Positions 18,159-29,076 of a stretch of DNA of 60,083 nt are shown here, in pieces. The number at the start of each line of letters is the position of its first letter. Position 1 is the stretch's first letter. Both the position numbers and the translations under genes were made by a program. The notes under the pieces are model-generated. The model worked only from the letters and a program-made list of their open reading frames with translations. It was not told the DNA's origin and did not search any database. Source of the stretch: Dysgonomonas sp. PH5-45 (GTDB taxonomy: Bacteria > Bacteroidota > Bacteroidia > Bacteroidales > Dysgonomonadaceae); contig NZ_JARXWE010000017.1 in NCBI RefSeq assembly GCF_029893235.1, positions 1 through 60,083 on the forward strand, in the 5' to 3' direction.

Positions 18159-19793
18159 ATGAAAAACATCCTGTATGCCCTAAAGAATAAAAAACTACAA
18201 CTCGTATTCCTGTTTTATATTTTACTTGTTTTACCCCTATTAAGCCCTTTGGCCGAAAACATATCGGGGTGGGATTGTTTTTTTATCATCTCTGCCAATT
18301 GTATTCTTTTTTGTTGCTTAGCTTTGCTTTCTCTGTTTTGCTCGTCAAAAGCCGAAAAAATCATTTTTTCTATTCTCCTCGTCTTGGCAATCATACCCGG
18401 TATTATTTATATAGCTTACCTGCTTTTTGCTCATGTTTTGCTCGAATCGAACAGCATTACCAGCCTTTTCGAAACAAATCCGGAAGAAAGCAAAGAATTC
18501 ATAGCCGACTACCTCAGCCCGTGGGTTACGGTAGGCGTACTTACCTACGCTTTGATTCCCGCCATAATGATATGGAGGATGAAACCCGCTATACCCCTCA
18601 AAATAAAGGAACATAAGCCTCTCTTTATTACTATAACATTTATTATTTGTTCTTGTTTACTGTTAGGATTGGAAAAACTACCGAAGCCAATATACATAGC
18701 TAATTTTTACAGGACATTTATTTCGTACCAAATAAGGACACACCACGAACAGAAAGCTTTTGCCAAACGCCAAGCAACTTCTTACGAAGTCACCAACACA
18801 AAGCCTGACAGTATTCCCCAAACCATAGTTGTTGTTATAGGCGAATCGCTGACAAGGAATCACATGGGCTTGTATGGTTATGCCCGCCCCACCAATCCAT
18901 TGTTATCAAAAAGAGGCGAAAACCTGTTTGTATATACAGACGTTATATCGCCCCAAGTGCATACCATTCCTGTAATCAGATCGGTATTGTCGTTTGCCGA
19001 TAAAGAAAATCCCGATTATATAACCGAAAAGCCAACCCTGTTCGAGCTTTTTAACCGCGCAGGCTTCAACACTCACTTCATAACCAATCAACCGTTTGGC
19101 GGCAATGTAAAAACAAGCTACGACGTACTTCTGAATCTGGCTCAGCACAAATATAGCCTGAACAACCAGAAAAAGCACGACGAAGTGGTTTTACCCGTAT
19201 TAGATTCCATCCTTACTACCGATACTGTACGCAGCAAACTGATTGTTATACACCTGATAGGCAGCCATATGGCCTACAAGTTTCGTTATCCCGAAAAGTT
19301 TGAGGTGTTTAATCATAAAAAAGACCGTCTTGTGGAAAACACCCCTTTCAGAAATGCGTTGGCAAAAGAGACAATAGATAGCTATGACAACTCTGTGATG
19401 TATAACGACTTTATTGTTGACAGCGTTATCCGACTGCTCGAAAAAAGACCGTTGGACAAAACTTCGATGATATATTTTTCGGATCATGGAGAAGAACTCT
19501 ACGACACACGCAATTTTGCGGGGCATGCCTACGAAAAAGTTTCGCCCTACATGTGCCAGATACCTTTCATAGTATGGTTTTCTGACACTTACCTTAATCA
19601 GAATAAAGAAACCATTACCATAGATACCCGGCGTCCGTCTTCCACAAGCGATTTTATGCACAGCATTTCTACTTTAGCCGGACTCAAATATCAGGATTAC
19701 GACCCAAGCAAAAGCATTTTTTCGGCACAGTTTAAACCTCAAACACGTTATGTGGGGCAAAAAACTTACGATGAAGTTCTTGAAATAAAATAA
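18159..19793 (+). CDS. Phosphoethanolamine transferase (EptA/sulfatase-superfamily lipid A or OM modification enzyme)
   Basis: 544 aa. Five N-terminal TM helices, then a sulfatase-fold periplasmic domain (IVVVIGESLTRNHMGLYGY..., HLIGSHMAY, YDNSVMYNDF, YFSDHGEELYD). Confidence 0.8.
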   Translation: MKNILYALKNKKLQLVFLFYILLVLPLLSPLAENISGWDCFFIISANCILFCCLALLSLFCSSKAEKIIFSILLVLAIIPGIIYIAYLLFAHVLLESNSITSLFETNPEESKEFIADYLSPWVTVGVLTYALIPAIMIWRMKPAIPLKIKEHKPLFITITFIICSCLLLGLEKLPKPIYIANFYRTFISYQIRTHHEQKAFAKRQATSYEVTNTKPDSIPQTIVVVIGESLTRNHMGLYGYARPTNPLLSKRGENLFVYTDVISPQVHTIPVIRSVLSFADKENPDYITEKPTLFELFNRAGFNTHFITNQPFGGNVKTSYDVLLNLAQHKYSLNNQKKHDEVVLPVLDSILTTDTVRSKLIVIHLIGSHMAYKFRYPEKFEVFNHKKDRLVENTPFRNALAKETIDSYDNSVMYNDFIVDSVIRLLEKRPLDKTSMIYFSDHGEELYDTRNFAGHAYEKVSPYMCQIPFIVWFSDTYLNQNKETITIDTRRPSSTSDFMHSISTLAGLKYQDYDPSKSIFSAQFKPQTRYVGQKTYDEVLEIK

Positions 19794-20019
19794 GCTGAAA
19801 ACTGCGTCTCAAAAGCATTTTTTCGGTACAGTATGTAATGTTGAACATTAGCCAAACATCTTGTTTAAGAGAAAGAAGTCTTTAATGACTATGATTGATA
19901 AATCGCACTTTTTATGTAAGTTTGTACATATCAAAAAAAGAAATAGAAACAAAGCAGTTCTTACTTTTGACCTAAAAGTGAAGAATAGATGCAAAAATCC
20001 GGAATTTGAAAAGACATAA

Positions 20020-21240
20020 ATGAAAGATCATATAATATCCAGCGTTGAAAACCAAAAAGCTATTTTGGTAGGGCTTATCACACAATATCAAACCGAAGAA
20101 CAAGTAGAAGAATACCTCGACGAACTGGCATTCCTTGCCGATACAGCCGGGTCGCAGGAAGTAAAACGCTTCACCCAGAAACTTGACCAACCTAACCCCG
20201 TTACATTCGTAGGTTCGGGCAAATTGCAGGAAATAAGGCAATATATGGACGAAGAAGAAGTTGGTCTTGTGATATTCGACGACGAACTGTCGGCCAAGCA
20301 AATCCGTAATATAGAAAAGGAATTGCAGGTAAAAATACTTGACCGTACAAGCCTCATTCTCGACATTTTTGCCATGCGAGCGCAAACAGCCTATGCAAAA
20401 ACACAGGTCGAACTGGCACAGTATCAATATCTTTTACCACGACTCACCCGCCTATGGTCACACCTCGACCGTCAGCGAGGCGGAGGAGCAATGATGCGTG
20501 GCGTAGGTGAAACCCAGTTGGAAAGCGACCGCCGTATAGTTAAAGATAAAATTGCCGACCTGAAAGAAGAGTTAAAGTCAATAGACCGGCAAATGGGCGT
20601 GCAACGCAAAAACAGAGGAAAAATGGTGCGCGTAGCTCTGGTTGGTTATACCAACGTAGGAAAATCTACCTTGATGAACCTCTTGAGCAAATCGGAAGTA
20701 TTTGCAGAAAATAAACTGTTTGCAACACTCGACACCACTGTACGCAAGGTAATTGTAGATAACCTGCCTTTTCTACTATCCGATACCGTTGGTTTTATCC
20801 GCAAATTACCCACACATTTGGTCGAATCGTTCAAGTCGACTCTCGATGAAGTCCGCGAAGCAGACCTCTTGGTGCATGTAGTCGATATATCGCACCCCAA
20901 TTTTGCAGAACAGATAGAAGTAGTAGAAAAAACCTTGCTCGAAATTGACGGGGAAGAAAAGCCCAGCATTCTTGTATTCAACAAAATTGATGCCTTTACA
21001 TACGTAAAGAAAGACGAGGACGACCTGTCGCCCGTGAAACGGGAAAACCTGTCGCTCGACGAACTACGCCGTACATGGATGGCAAAGATGAAGAATAATT
21101 GTATTTTCATATCGGCTGTCAACAAAACGAATATCCCTGAATTGAAGCAGATGCTTTACGACAAGGTAAAGGAAATACACATAGAACGCTATCCATACAA
21201 CGACTTTTTATTTCAGAAATACGAAGAAGATCATGAGTAA
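20020..21240 (+). CDS. hflX: GTPase HflX
   Basis: 406 aa. HflX N-domain (AILVGL...), coiled linker, then a G-domain with GYTNVGKSTLMN (G1), DTVGFI (G3) and NKID (G4). Confidence 0.9.
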   Translation: MKDHIISSVENQKAILVGLITQYQTEEQVEEYLDELAFLADTAGSQEVKRFTQKLDQPNPVTFVGSGKLQEIRQYMDEEEVGLVIFDDELSAKQIRNIEKELQVKILDRTSLILDIFAMRAQTAYAKTQVELAQYQYLLPRLTRLWSHLDRQRGGGAMMRGVGETQLESDRRIVKDKIADLKEELKSIDRQMGVQRKNRGKMVRVALVGYTNVGKSTLMNLLSKSEVFAENKLFATLDTTVRKVIVDNLPFLLSDTVGFIRKLPTHLVESFKSTLDEVREADLLVHVVDISHPNFAEQIEVVEKTLLEIDGEEKPSILVFNKIDAFTYVKKDEDDLSPVKRENLSLDELRRTWMAKMKNNCIFISAVNKTNIPELKQMLYDKVKEIHIERYPYNDFLFQKYEEDHE

Positions 21241-23113
21241 TAGCATTTACAGAAAATTATCGGGCAAAGAAATAGCCCAACTTACCGAAAATCGCTGTTC
21301 TTGCTCCGATTGGAATTCGGTTGAAGTAAAAGATGGTTTTCTGGCACAATACGTGCAAGATGTAAGCTTTTCGGGAATAGTTAAACTGGGTACTTTCAAT
21401 CGTCTTTTTGAACTGGAAGGCGGTGTACAAAAACATTCGGGCATATACCACGCAACCATACACAACTGCACCATCGGGGATGATGTCTATATATGCAGCA
21501 TCCGCAACTATATAGCCAACTATACTATTTGCAATGACTGTTATATCGAAAATGTAGACGTCATTGTTGTTTCCGGAGAATCGTCTTTTGGGAATGGTGT
21601 AAAAGTTGCTGTTCTGGACGAAACCGGTGGGCGCGAAGTTGTTATTTATAACGATCTGTCGTCACATCTGGCCTATATCTATGCTTTCTATAAATATAAG
21701 CCCGAACTGATAAACCATATTGACCGCCTGATAGAAGAATACATACAGCAACATACATCAAACCAAGGCATTATAGGTAAAGGAGCGCGTATTATTAATT
21801 CAGGAGTCCTGAAAAACATCTGCATAGGCGAACACGCAAAGATAGAAGGGGCATCCCGCTTGTGCAACGGTTCGGTAAACAGTAGTTATCTTGCTCCGGT
21901 TTACGTTGGGAATGATGTTACGGCCGATGATTTCATTATATCTTCGGGAACAGTTGTGGCTGATGGTGCGAAGCTGAAACGGTGTTTCGTTGGGCAGGCA
22001 TGTCAAATCAGATCGGGATTTTCGGCAAGCGATTCGCTGTTTTTTTCGAACTGTCATTTCGAAAACGGCGAGGCATGTGCCCTCTTTGCCGGACCATATA
22101 CCGTGAGTCATCATAAATCTACGCTGCTTATTGGTTGTATGTTCTCGTTCATGAACGCCGGATCGGGATCGAACCAAAGCAATCATATGTATAAACTGGG
22201 ACCTATACACTATGGCATAGGCGAACGCGGGGTGAAACTGGCAAGCGATTCGTACATCATGTGGCCTGCCCTGATTGGGGCATTTTCGTTAGTTATGGGG
22301 AGGCACTATAATCATGCCGATACTTCAGATTTTCCGTTCTCGTATTTAATTGAAAACAATGGCCAAACATACCTAGCCCCTGCTGTTAACTTTGCAACAG
22401 TAGGCACAACACGCGATGCCCGGAAATGGCCTAATCGAGATAAACGAACAGACAAAAAACTATTAGACAGCATTTCATTCGCCCTACTCAACCCCTATAT
22501 CTGCCAAAAGGTAATAAATGCCATCAACATTCTCAAAACCATAGAAGCAGAGCAAACCGGCAAAGATGTTTACCAACACAATGGTGTGTTGATACGAAAA
22601 TCCGCCCTGCAAAAAGGGATAAAACTATACAATCTTATCTTGGATAAGTATTTCGGAGAAGTTACAGAACGAAGCACAAAACTTGGTTTTGAGTATAAAA
22701 AAGAAGGAACAGAAGACTGGGTAGACCTATCCGGGCTGATTGCCCCCAAAGTCAGTATAAACAAGATATTGAATAATGCTTCGAGCTTAGAAGGAATAAA
22801 CTCTTCCCTTGGCCAACTATTAATCGATAACGATTACTTAGAATGGAATTGGGCGAAAAACAAATCAGGTGACGTTGCCCTGCAAAATGTGATAGAAAAA
22901 GGCAAAGAAGCCACAACCCTGCTTAATGAAATGATAATAAAAGATGCCGAAAAAGAGTTTGATTCAAAATTCATGACCGGGTTTGGCTTAGACGGAACAG
23001 AAAAAGACACACATACCGACTTCCAAACAGTGAGAGGCACTCTAAATGAAAACCCTTTTGTAAAAGATCTGCAAAGGAGTGATAATGAAGGGGAAAACAC
23101 TATTATTCAATAA
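21233..23113 (+). CDS. DUF4954-like protein (putative left-handed beta-helix/hexapeptide-repeat protein)
   Basis: 626 aa, overlapping the hflX stop by 8 bp. The middle region has imperfect hexapeptide-like repeats (IGD.V.I, IGE.A.I, VGNDV...). The family name is recalled from Bacteroides annotations, with no search run. Confidence 0.55.
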   Translation: MSNSIYRKLSGKEIAQLTENRCSCSDWNSVEVKDGFLAQYVQDVSFSGIVKLGTFNRLFELEGGVQKHSGIYHATIHNCTIGDDVYICSIRNYIANYTICNDCYIENVDVIVVSGESSFGNGVKVAVLDETGGREVVIYNDLSSHLAYIYAFYKYKPELINHIDRLIEEYIQQHTSNQGIIGKGARIINSGVLKNICIGEHAKIEGASRLCNGSVNSSYLAPVYVGNDVTADDFIISSGTVVADGAKLKRCFVGQACQIRSGFSASDSLFFSNCHFENGEACALFAGPYTVSHHKSTLLIGCMFSFMNAGSGSNQSNHMYKLGPIHYGIGERGVKLASDSYIMWPALIGAFSLVMGRHYNHADTSDFPFSYLIENNGQTYLAPAVNFATVGTTRDARKWPNRDKRTDKKLLDSISFALLNPYICQKVINAINILKTIEAEQTGKDVYQHNGVLIRKSALQKGIKLYNLILDKYFGEVTERSTKLGFEYKKEGTEDWVDLSGLIAPKVSINKILNNASSLEGINSSLGQLLIDNDYLEWNWAKNKSGDVALQNVIEKGKEATTLLNEMIIKDAEKEFDSKFMTGFGLDGTEKDTHTDFQTVRGTLNENPFVKDLQRSDNEGENTIIQ

Positions 23114-23193
23114 TTTTAACGTATAAAACAGTATCTTTTCGTTAAGCTTACAGAAATTATCAAACATTTTATTAGCTTTGTCTATATTTTTTA

Positions 23194-23670
23194 ATGAATG
23201 CAAACACTAAAAATATGAAAAAGAATATTTTATCTTACTTAGGAATAACGATGCTTTTGCTCGGCTTTCTTTTTACAGCAAGTTCGTGTGATGGAGACCC
23301 CGGACCAATGGGCCCTCCAGGAGAAAGTACTCAATGGGCTATCCTGACAATGGATGTTGACGAAAGCAAATGGCAATGGGATCCGGATGATGAATGTTAC
23401 TATTACGAATTCCGAAATGTGAGCCAATTAAACAGAAATGTTGTTGAGAACGGTGCAACCGTTGCTGCGGTATTGCTCGATGGTACATATCGTCCATTAC
23501 CTTTTATTAGTAATTTTTACGATGGAGGAAATTACATTACCGAAACCATTAATTACGAATATGGTATAAACTTTATCCGTTTTAATGTAACGGCAAACGA
23601 TTTGTTCGATAACACGCCTAACACTTATCTGCCACCATCTCGTTCTTTTAAAGTTACCTTGATGTGGTAG
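23194..23670 (+). CDS. Small lipoprotein, function unknown
   Basis: 158 aa. Probable start at the second Met (23215). Lipoprotein signal ...MLLLGFLFTASSC, followed by a short Gly/Pro stretch (DGDPGPMGPPGE). Confidence 0.6.
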   Translation: MNANTKNMKKNILSYLGITMLLLGFLFTASSCDGDPGPMGPPGESTQWAILTMDVDESKWQWDPDDECYYYEFRNVSQLNRNVVENGATVAAVLLDGTYRPLPFISNFYDGGNYITETINYEYGINFIRFNVTANDLFDNTPNTYLPPSRSFKVTLMW

Positions 23671-23695
23671 TGATCGGAAAATATTTATAAGATAC

Positions 23696-23746
23696 AAAAA
23701 GAGCAGTTTTCTTTATTTAGGGAAACTGCTCTTTTTCATTTTTATT
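23696..23746. terminator. Bidirectional rho-independent terminator between convergent genes
   Basis: AAAAAGAGCAGTTTtctttatttagggAAACTGCTCTTTTT. An 11-bp stem flanked by A/T runs on both sides. Confidence 0.6.
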
Positions 23747-23766
23747 GGTTGTACAACAATGCAATA

Positions 23767-24393
23767 TTAGAACAGGTAAGTTACATTAACGTTCCAAGTT
23801 TTATCTTTCTTACTTTTAAATATTGCGTCGGTAACACCTATTTTGTCTTCACCATAGTTGTCGGTCAATTTAAAGCGGTAATCCATACCTACTTCGAGTT
23901 TGCTGAATAGGTTAACGCCTACACCAAAGTCGAGCCCCATACCGAAGCTTTTTGACTTGATTTTGTCAAGGCTCTCCTGATTAAACTTAAAATCTCCACC
24001 ACCTAACTTAAGTTCGGCATAAGGTCCGCCTTTAGCATATACGCCCAAAGTGCCAAGAAGAGAGAATGTTTTTTTAATATGCACAGGTACCATCAGGTAG
24101 TTGTAGTTCGAAAGTTTTGCGTCATAATCATTATCTTTCAGCTTATAATCTTTATAGCCGTATAAAAGAGCGGCATCAATGCCAACACCTACCAATGGTA
24201 AACCAAACTGTACTGTTGGCCCTACCTGAAAGCCCATCCTGTTGTGCGCATTCAATATATCTTTGCTTATTTTGTTTTCGGCAACATCAAAACCGGCTTT
24301 CAACCCGAATTTTATCTGAGAAGTTGCTGTGCCGACACCCATCAATAGAATGCACAAGGTTAAGGTAAACTTATTAAAGTAATTTTTCAACAT
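23767..24393 (-). CDS. Outer-membrane beta-barrel protein (OmpA-like/OMP_b-brl family porin)
   Basis: 208 aa. Signal peptide MLKNYFNKFTLTLCILLMGVGTATSQ. Alternating amphipathic strands with a C-terminal ...NVNVTYLF barrel-closing Phe. Confidence 0.65.
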   Translation of the reverse strand: MLKNYFNKFTLTLCILLMGVGTATSQIKFGLKAGFDVAENKISKDILNAHNRMGFQVGPTVQFGLPLVGVGIDAALLYGYKDYKLKDNDYDAKLSNYNYLMVPVHIKKTFSLLGTLGVYAKGGPYAELKLGGGDFKFNQESLDKIKSKSFGMGLDFGVGVNLFSKLEVGMDYRFKLTDNYGEDKIGVTDAIFKSKKDKTWNVNVTYLF

Positions 24394-24532
24394 ATCCGTT
24401 AATTTAATTTGTTAATAAAAATCTTCGATAAATATATGAATATTATTTAAGTTGGAGAGCGAAATTCATGAAAAATAGAGCGAATAAGAAACTAATCTGT
24501 ATTTTCTAAAACTGTTTAGTAATCGTATAATA

Positions 24533-24584
24533 AAAAAACAACGAGGAAGCATTTCTTTAATGAACACTTCCTCGTTAAAAAAGT
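24533..24584 (-). terminator. Rho-independent terminator downstream of mutB
   Basis: AACGAGGAAG(catttctttaatgaacac)CTTCCTCGTT hairpin. On the minus strand it is followed by a run of T. Confidence 0.55.
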
Positions 24585-24606
24585 TTTATGTTGAAGCCGT
24601 TTTTTC

Positions 24607-26754
24607 TTATTCGGCTAACAAAATACGCATCATTTCAATAACAGATTTCGAGATAGGAGTACCCGGGCCGAATATTGCAGCTACACCGGCTTTGTACAAG
24701 AAATCGTAGTCTTGAGCCGGAATAACACCTCCTGCCACAACTACTATATCTTCACGGCCAAGTTTCTTGAGTTCTGCTATAACTTGTGGAACAAGAGTCT
24801 TGTGACCGGCAGCCAACGAAGATACACCTAAGATGTTCACATCGTTTTCTACTGCCTGACGGGCTGCTTCTTCCGGAGTTTGGAACAATGGCCCCATGTC
24901 TACGTCAAATCCACAGTCGGCATACCCTGTTGCAACAACTTTGGCACCACGGTCGTGACCGTCTTGTCCCATTTTAGCAACCATGATACGAGGTTGACGA
25001 CCTTCTTTCTTGGCAAATCTGGCCACCATATCGCAAGCTTCTTGGAATGATGGGTCTTTTTTCGTTTCTGATGAATACACGCCTGATATAGTTCTGATTA
25101 TAGCTTTATAACGACCTACAATAACTTCGCAAGCATCGGAAATTTCGCCCAATGTTGCGCGTACGCGAGCTGCTTCGACAGCAAGTTCAAGCAGGTTACC
25201 TTTTTTAGTTTTAACACATTCGGTGATGGCTTCCAGAGCTTTCTTAACGGCTGCTTCGTCACGTTTAGATTTCAAATCGTTCAGACGTTCAATTTGCTGA
25301 CGGCGAACTTCTGTGTTGTCAACATCAAGAATATCAATAGGATCTTCTTTAGCCAAACGGTATTTGTTGATACCGATAATTGTTTGCTGGCCAGAGTCGA
25401 TACGGGCTTGTGTACGTGCGGCAGCTTCTTCGATACGCATTTTAGGAATACCTGTTTCGATAGCTTTAGCCATTCCGCCAAGTTTCTGTATCTCTTGAAT
25501 AAGCTCCCAAGCTTTATGTACAAGTTCGTTTGTTAGTGTCTCAACGTAGTAAGAACCTGCCCATGGGTCAATTTCTTTACAGATTTGAGTTTCTTCTTGT
25601 ATATAAATCTGAGTGTTACGTGCGATACGTGCCGAGAAGTCGGTAGGCAAGGCAATAGCTTCGTCCAAAGCGTTGGTGTGAAGCGATTGTGTGTGTCCTA
25701 ATGCGGCTGCCATAGCTTCGATACATGTACGGCCAACGTTGTTGAATGGGTCTTGCTCTGTCAAAGACCAACCTGAAGTTTGGCAGTGAGTACGCAACGC
25801 CAACGATTTTGGGTTCTTAGCGCCAAAACTTTTCACGATTTTAGCCCACAACAAACGTCCCGCGCGCATTTTGGCAATCTCCATAAAGTGGTTCATACCG
25901 ATAGCCCAGAAGAACGACAAACGTGGAGCAAAAGTGTCGACACCGATACCCGCGTCTATACCCGCTTTCAGGTATTCCATACCATCGGCAAGAGTGTAAG
26001 CCAACTCGATGTCGGCAGTAGCACCCGCTTCCTGCATATGGTATCCCGAAATTGAGATAGAGTTAAACTTAGGCATCTTTTGCGATGTATATTCGAAGAT
26101 GTCGGCAATGATTTTCATGGAGAATTCTGGTGGGTAAATATATGTGTTACGCACCATAAATTCTTTGAGGATATCGTTTTGTATCGTACCTGCCATTTCT
26201 TCTAACTTAGCACCTTGCTCCAAACCTGCATTGATGTAGAATGCGAGAACAGGCAAAACGGCACCGTTCATAGTCATAGAAACTGACATCTGATTCAAAG
26301 GAATACCGTCAAAAAGAACTTTCATGTCTTCGACCGAACAGATAGAAACCCCTGCTTTACCTACGTCGCCAACAACACGAGGGTGGTCGGCATCGTATCC
26401 GCGGTGAGTAGCTAAGTCGAAAGCTACGGAAAGACCTTTTTGTCCTGATGCAAGGTTACGGCGATAGAACGCGTTCGATTCGGATGCCGTAGAAAAACCT
26501 GCATATTGGCGGATAGTCCAAGGGCGCATAGCATACATGCCCGAATAAGGTCCGCGCAAGAATGGAGGAATACCCGAAGCATAGTTAAGATGCTCCATTC
26601 CTTCCAAATCTTCTTTTGTGTAAACTGATTTTACAGGTATCAATTCGGGTGTAAGCCAGTCGGCTTTGATCCCGTTCTTTTCAGTCCATTCGGCAGCGTT
26701 TGTGGCTGCGAATCCTGTATTTTTTATATCTATATTTTTAAAATTTGGTTTCAT
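24607..26754 (-). CDS. mutB: Methylmalonyl-CoA mutase, large (catalytic, B12-binding) subunit
   Basis: 715 aa. N-terminal TIM-barrel substrate domain, plus a C-terminal cobalamin-binding Rossmann domain containing the D.H..G motif ([23 protein letters not shown]). Confidence 0.93.
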   Translation of the reverse strand: MKPNFKNIDIKNTGFAATNAAEWTEKNGIKADWLTPELIPVKSVYTKEDLEGMEHLNYASGIPPFLRGPYSGMYAMRPWTIRQYAGFSTASESNAFYRRNLASGQKGLSVAFDLATHRGYDADHPRVVGDVGKAGVSICSVEDMKVLFDGIPLNQMSVSMTMNGAVLPVLAFYINAGLEQGAKLEEMAGTIQNDILKEFMVRNTYIYPPEFSMKIIADIFEYTSQKMPKFNSISISGYHMQEAGATADIELAYTLADGMEYLKAGIDAGIGVDTFAPRLSFFWAIGMNHFMEIAKMRAGRLLWAKIVKSFGAKNPKSLALRTHCQTSGWSLTEQDPFNNVGRTCIEAMAAALGHTQSLHTNALDEAIALPTDFSARIARNTQIYIQEETQICKEIDPWAGSYYVETLTNELVHKAWELIQEIQKLGGMAKAIETGIPKMRIEEAAARTQARIDSGQQTIIGINKYRLAKEDPIDILDVDNTEVRRQQIERLNDLKSKRDEAAVKKALEAITECVKTKKGNLLELAVEAARVRATLGEISDACEVIVGRYKAIIRTISGVYSSETKKDPSFQEACDMVARFAKKEGRQPRIMVAKMGQDGHDRGAKVVATGYADCGFDVDMGPLFQTPEEAARQAVENDVNILGVSSLAAGHKTLVPQVIAELKKLGREDIVVVAGGVIPAQDYDFLYKAGVAAIFGPGTPISKSVIEMMRILLAE

Positions 26755-26775
26755 TGTTTTCTCTCCTGTTTAATG

Positions 26776-28632
26776 TTATTCGATTCCCAATTTCGCATTA
26801 AAGATTCTCAAAGTATCAAGAACGTTGCTCTTAACATTGATGAAATGCTCAATGCCTTGTGCTTTCAGCTCTTCGGTTGAAGCAGGAGCTCCGGCAACAA
26901 CAAAGTGTTTGTTATTTTGCTGAGCCAGTTTGTAAGCTTCAGGTGCATAAGTAGCATATTCATCGTCGCTGGAACAGATAACAATGATATCCGCGTTTTT
27001 ATCGCAAGCGGCTTTAACGCCTTCTTCAACAGTTTCGAAACCTAAGTTGTCGATAACCTTATAACCGGCACAAGCAAAGAAGTTTGACGCAAACTGAGAA
27101 CGAGCCAAACGCATAGCCAGATTACCGATTGTAAGCATAAATACTTTAGGTGCGCCCGATTTTTCGGTAGCCAAACGAAGCTTTTCGAAATCGGCAGCCA
27201 AACGGGTTGTTGGTAGAGCCATATATTGAGCCTCGCCTGTTGAACATCCGCATCCGCAAACGGCATCAATGTCTTTAACAATCTTGGCCGAAGCGTTTTC
27301 TGTGAAGTTAGGATATTGGTTAGTACCCAAAAGAATTTCACGACGGGTAGCAACAGATTTGCGGCGTGCTTCGGCCGAAGCGCAGATTGCAGTCTGGATG
27401 CTTCCGGCTTTCAATTCTTCATAGAATCCTTTTTCGTCAACAGTAAGGAACAATGCCCAAGCTTGTTCTGCTATGGAAGAAGTCAGGTTTTCGATATAAT
27501 AAGAACCAGCCGAAGGGTCGGTTGTGTTATCGAAATGGCATTCTTCTTTCAGAAGTAGTTGCTGGTTACGGGCAATTCTTTCTGAGAAATCGTCAGCTTC
27601 TTTAAACGACTCGTCGAAAGGACGAACGGTAAGAGAATTGACATTTGCAATCGTTGCCGACATCGCTTCGGTTTGTGTACGAAGCAAGTTTACGTGAGCA
27701 TCGAAAATTGTTGTATTGTATGTCGATGTTTCGGCATGGCTGTAAATCTTAGCTGCGCATTTATCGTCAGTATAAGCATTTACTATTTCGGCCCACAACC
27801 AACGGGCAGCACGGAATTTTGCGATTTCCATAAAGTAGTTAGTGCTGATACCAAAATTAAATTTAATCTTTTTGGCAACTGTTGCAGCATCTACACCAGC
27901 TTCTACAAGTTTATTCAGTATTTCGTTTCCGTCAGCAAGGGCGTAACCCAATTCCTGATATATATAAGAACCTGCATTGTTGAAGGCAAGACCATTAACG
28001 GCCAACACTCTGAACAGAGGAAGTGCTTCGGCAGCCTTGACAATCTCAGTGGCTTGTTTTACCCAATCGGCATTATCCCGGCCTTTTTTAAGGATTAGTT
28101 TGAATGGGTCGAAGTTTACTGAGCCCACGCATTTTGACAAGTCTACCTGTTTAGATTTTAGATAGTCGGCTAAAAGGTTCACTAACTCGAGCGATTTTTT
28201 GTGACAAGTAGAGAAGTTCAACTCAACCGATTCGGGGCAGATGCCTGCTAAAAGAACCTTAAGGTTATCGGCTGTAACATCGTCGCTTTTAATGATAAAG
28301 TTCAAAGAAGTTACACCTTTCTCCAAAATATCCAATGCTTTTGCGTTGGCTGCTTTCATGTCAACAACGGTTATGTCTTGGCGTACATACCATTCGTTGT
28401 CTTTTTTTGTTCCCCTCACATAAGGAAATTCTCCGGGAAGAGCATCGGCAGTTTTTAAGCCTTCTATATTCTCACTTCTGTAAAAGGGGTTAACGTTGAA
28501 GCCTTCGTTTGTTTTCCAAACAAGCTTCTTTTCAAAATCAGCACCTTTCAGATCGGCAACAATTTTTGCCATCCATTCTTCCGTTGTAACGGGAGGGAAA
28601 TCTGTAAACAGCTTTTCTTTTAGATTTGCCAT
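26776..28632 (-). CDS. mutA: Methylmalonyl-CoA mutase, small subunit
   Basis: 618 aa. Paralogous to mutB but lacking the DxHxxG cobalamin ligand motif. Immediately upstream of mutB, with 21-bp spacing. Confidence 0.85.
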   Translation of the reverse strand: MANLKEKLFTDFPPVTTEEWMAKIVADLKGADFEKKLVWKTNEGFNVNPFYRSENIEGLKTADALPGEFPYVRGTKKDNEWYVRQDITVVDMKAANAKALDILEKGVTSLNFIIKSDDVTADNLKVLLAGICPESVELNFSTCHKKSLELVNLLADYLKSKQVDLSKCVGSVNFDPFKLILKKGRDNADWVKQATEIVKAAEALPLFRVLAVNGLAFNNAGSYIYQELGYALADGNEILNKLVEAGVDAATVAKKIKFNFGISTNYFMEIAKFRAARWLWAEIVNAYTDDKCAAKIYSHAETSTYNTTIFDAHVNLLRTQTEAMSATIANVNSLTVRPFDESFKEADDFSERIARNQQLLLKEECHFDNTTDPSAGSYYIENLTSSIAEQAWALFLTVDEKGFYEELKAGSIQTAICASAEARRKSVATRREILLGTNQYPNFTENASAKIVKDIDAVCGCGCSTGEAQYMALPTTRLAADFEKLRLATEKSGAPKVFMLTIGNLAMRLARSQFASNFFACAGYKVIDNLGFETVEEGVKAACDKNADIIVICSSDDEYATYAPEAYKLAQQNNKHFVVAGAPASTEELKAQGIEHFINVKSNVLDTLRIFNAKLGIE

Positions 28633-28982
28633 GTTTATTTAATATAATTATTTAGTATATAGGTTATCCAATGTATTTATTTCCAGATATTTCTACGTAA
28701 AATATTCCGAATCGTAAGTTTTATAATATTATAATACCTGATTCTGAAAAAATTAACTTCGAAAAAAACCACCCAAAGGTAGTCTTTTTGTTTGGGATAT
28801 AATACCTTTTTATCAATAAATTTGATGTCTTATTTGCTTATTCAATCTATTGACACCGACAATTTTTGAAAAGAGAAGAATAAATAAATCATTTTATTTT
28901 TTTTGGCAATATATTACCCCTTTTCTGAAATACGGAGGAACAATGTTATTTGGCTTTGATAATGAAATCGTCTGATTTTGTA

Positions 28983-29016
28983 CATAAAAAACCGATAGAT
29001 AAAAATCTATCGGTTC
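28983..29016 (-). terminator. Rho-independent terminator of the nadABC operon
   Basis: AACCGATAGAT(aaaa)ATCTATCGGTT hairpin. On the minus strand it is followed by TTTTTTAT. Confidence 0.6.
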
Positions 29017-29076
29017 TAAATATTTTACTATAAATCCCATCAGCCTGTTTTAGAGCAGAATAACATTATCTTATTT

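Noticed and set aside
23266-23320. Collagen-like GxxGxxG stretch (DGDPGPMGPPGE) in the small lipoprotein
   Set aside because: Only three or four triplets, too short to call a collagen-like repeat domain.
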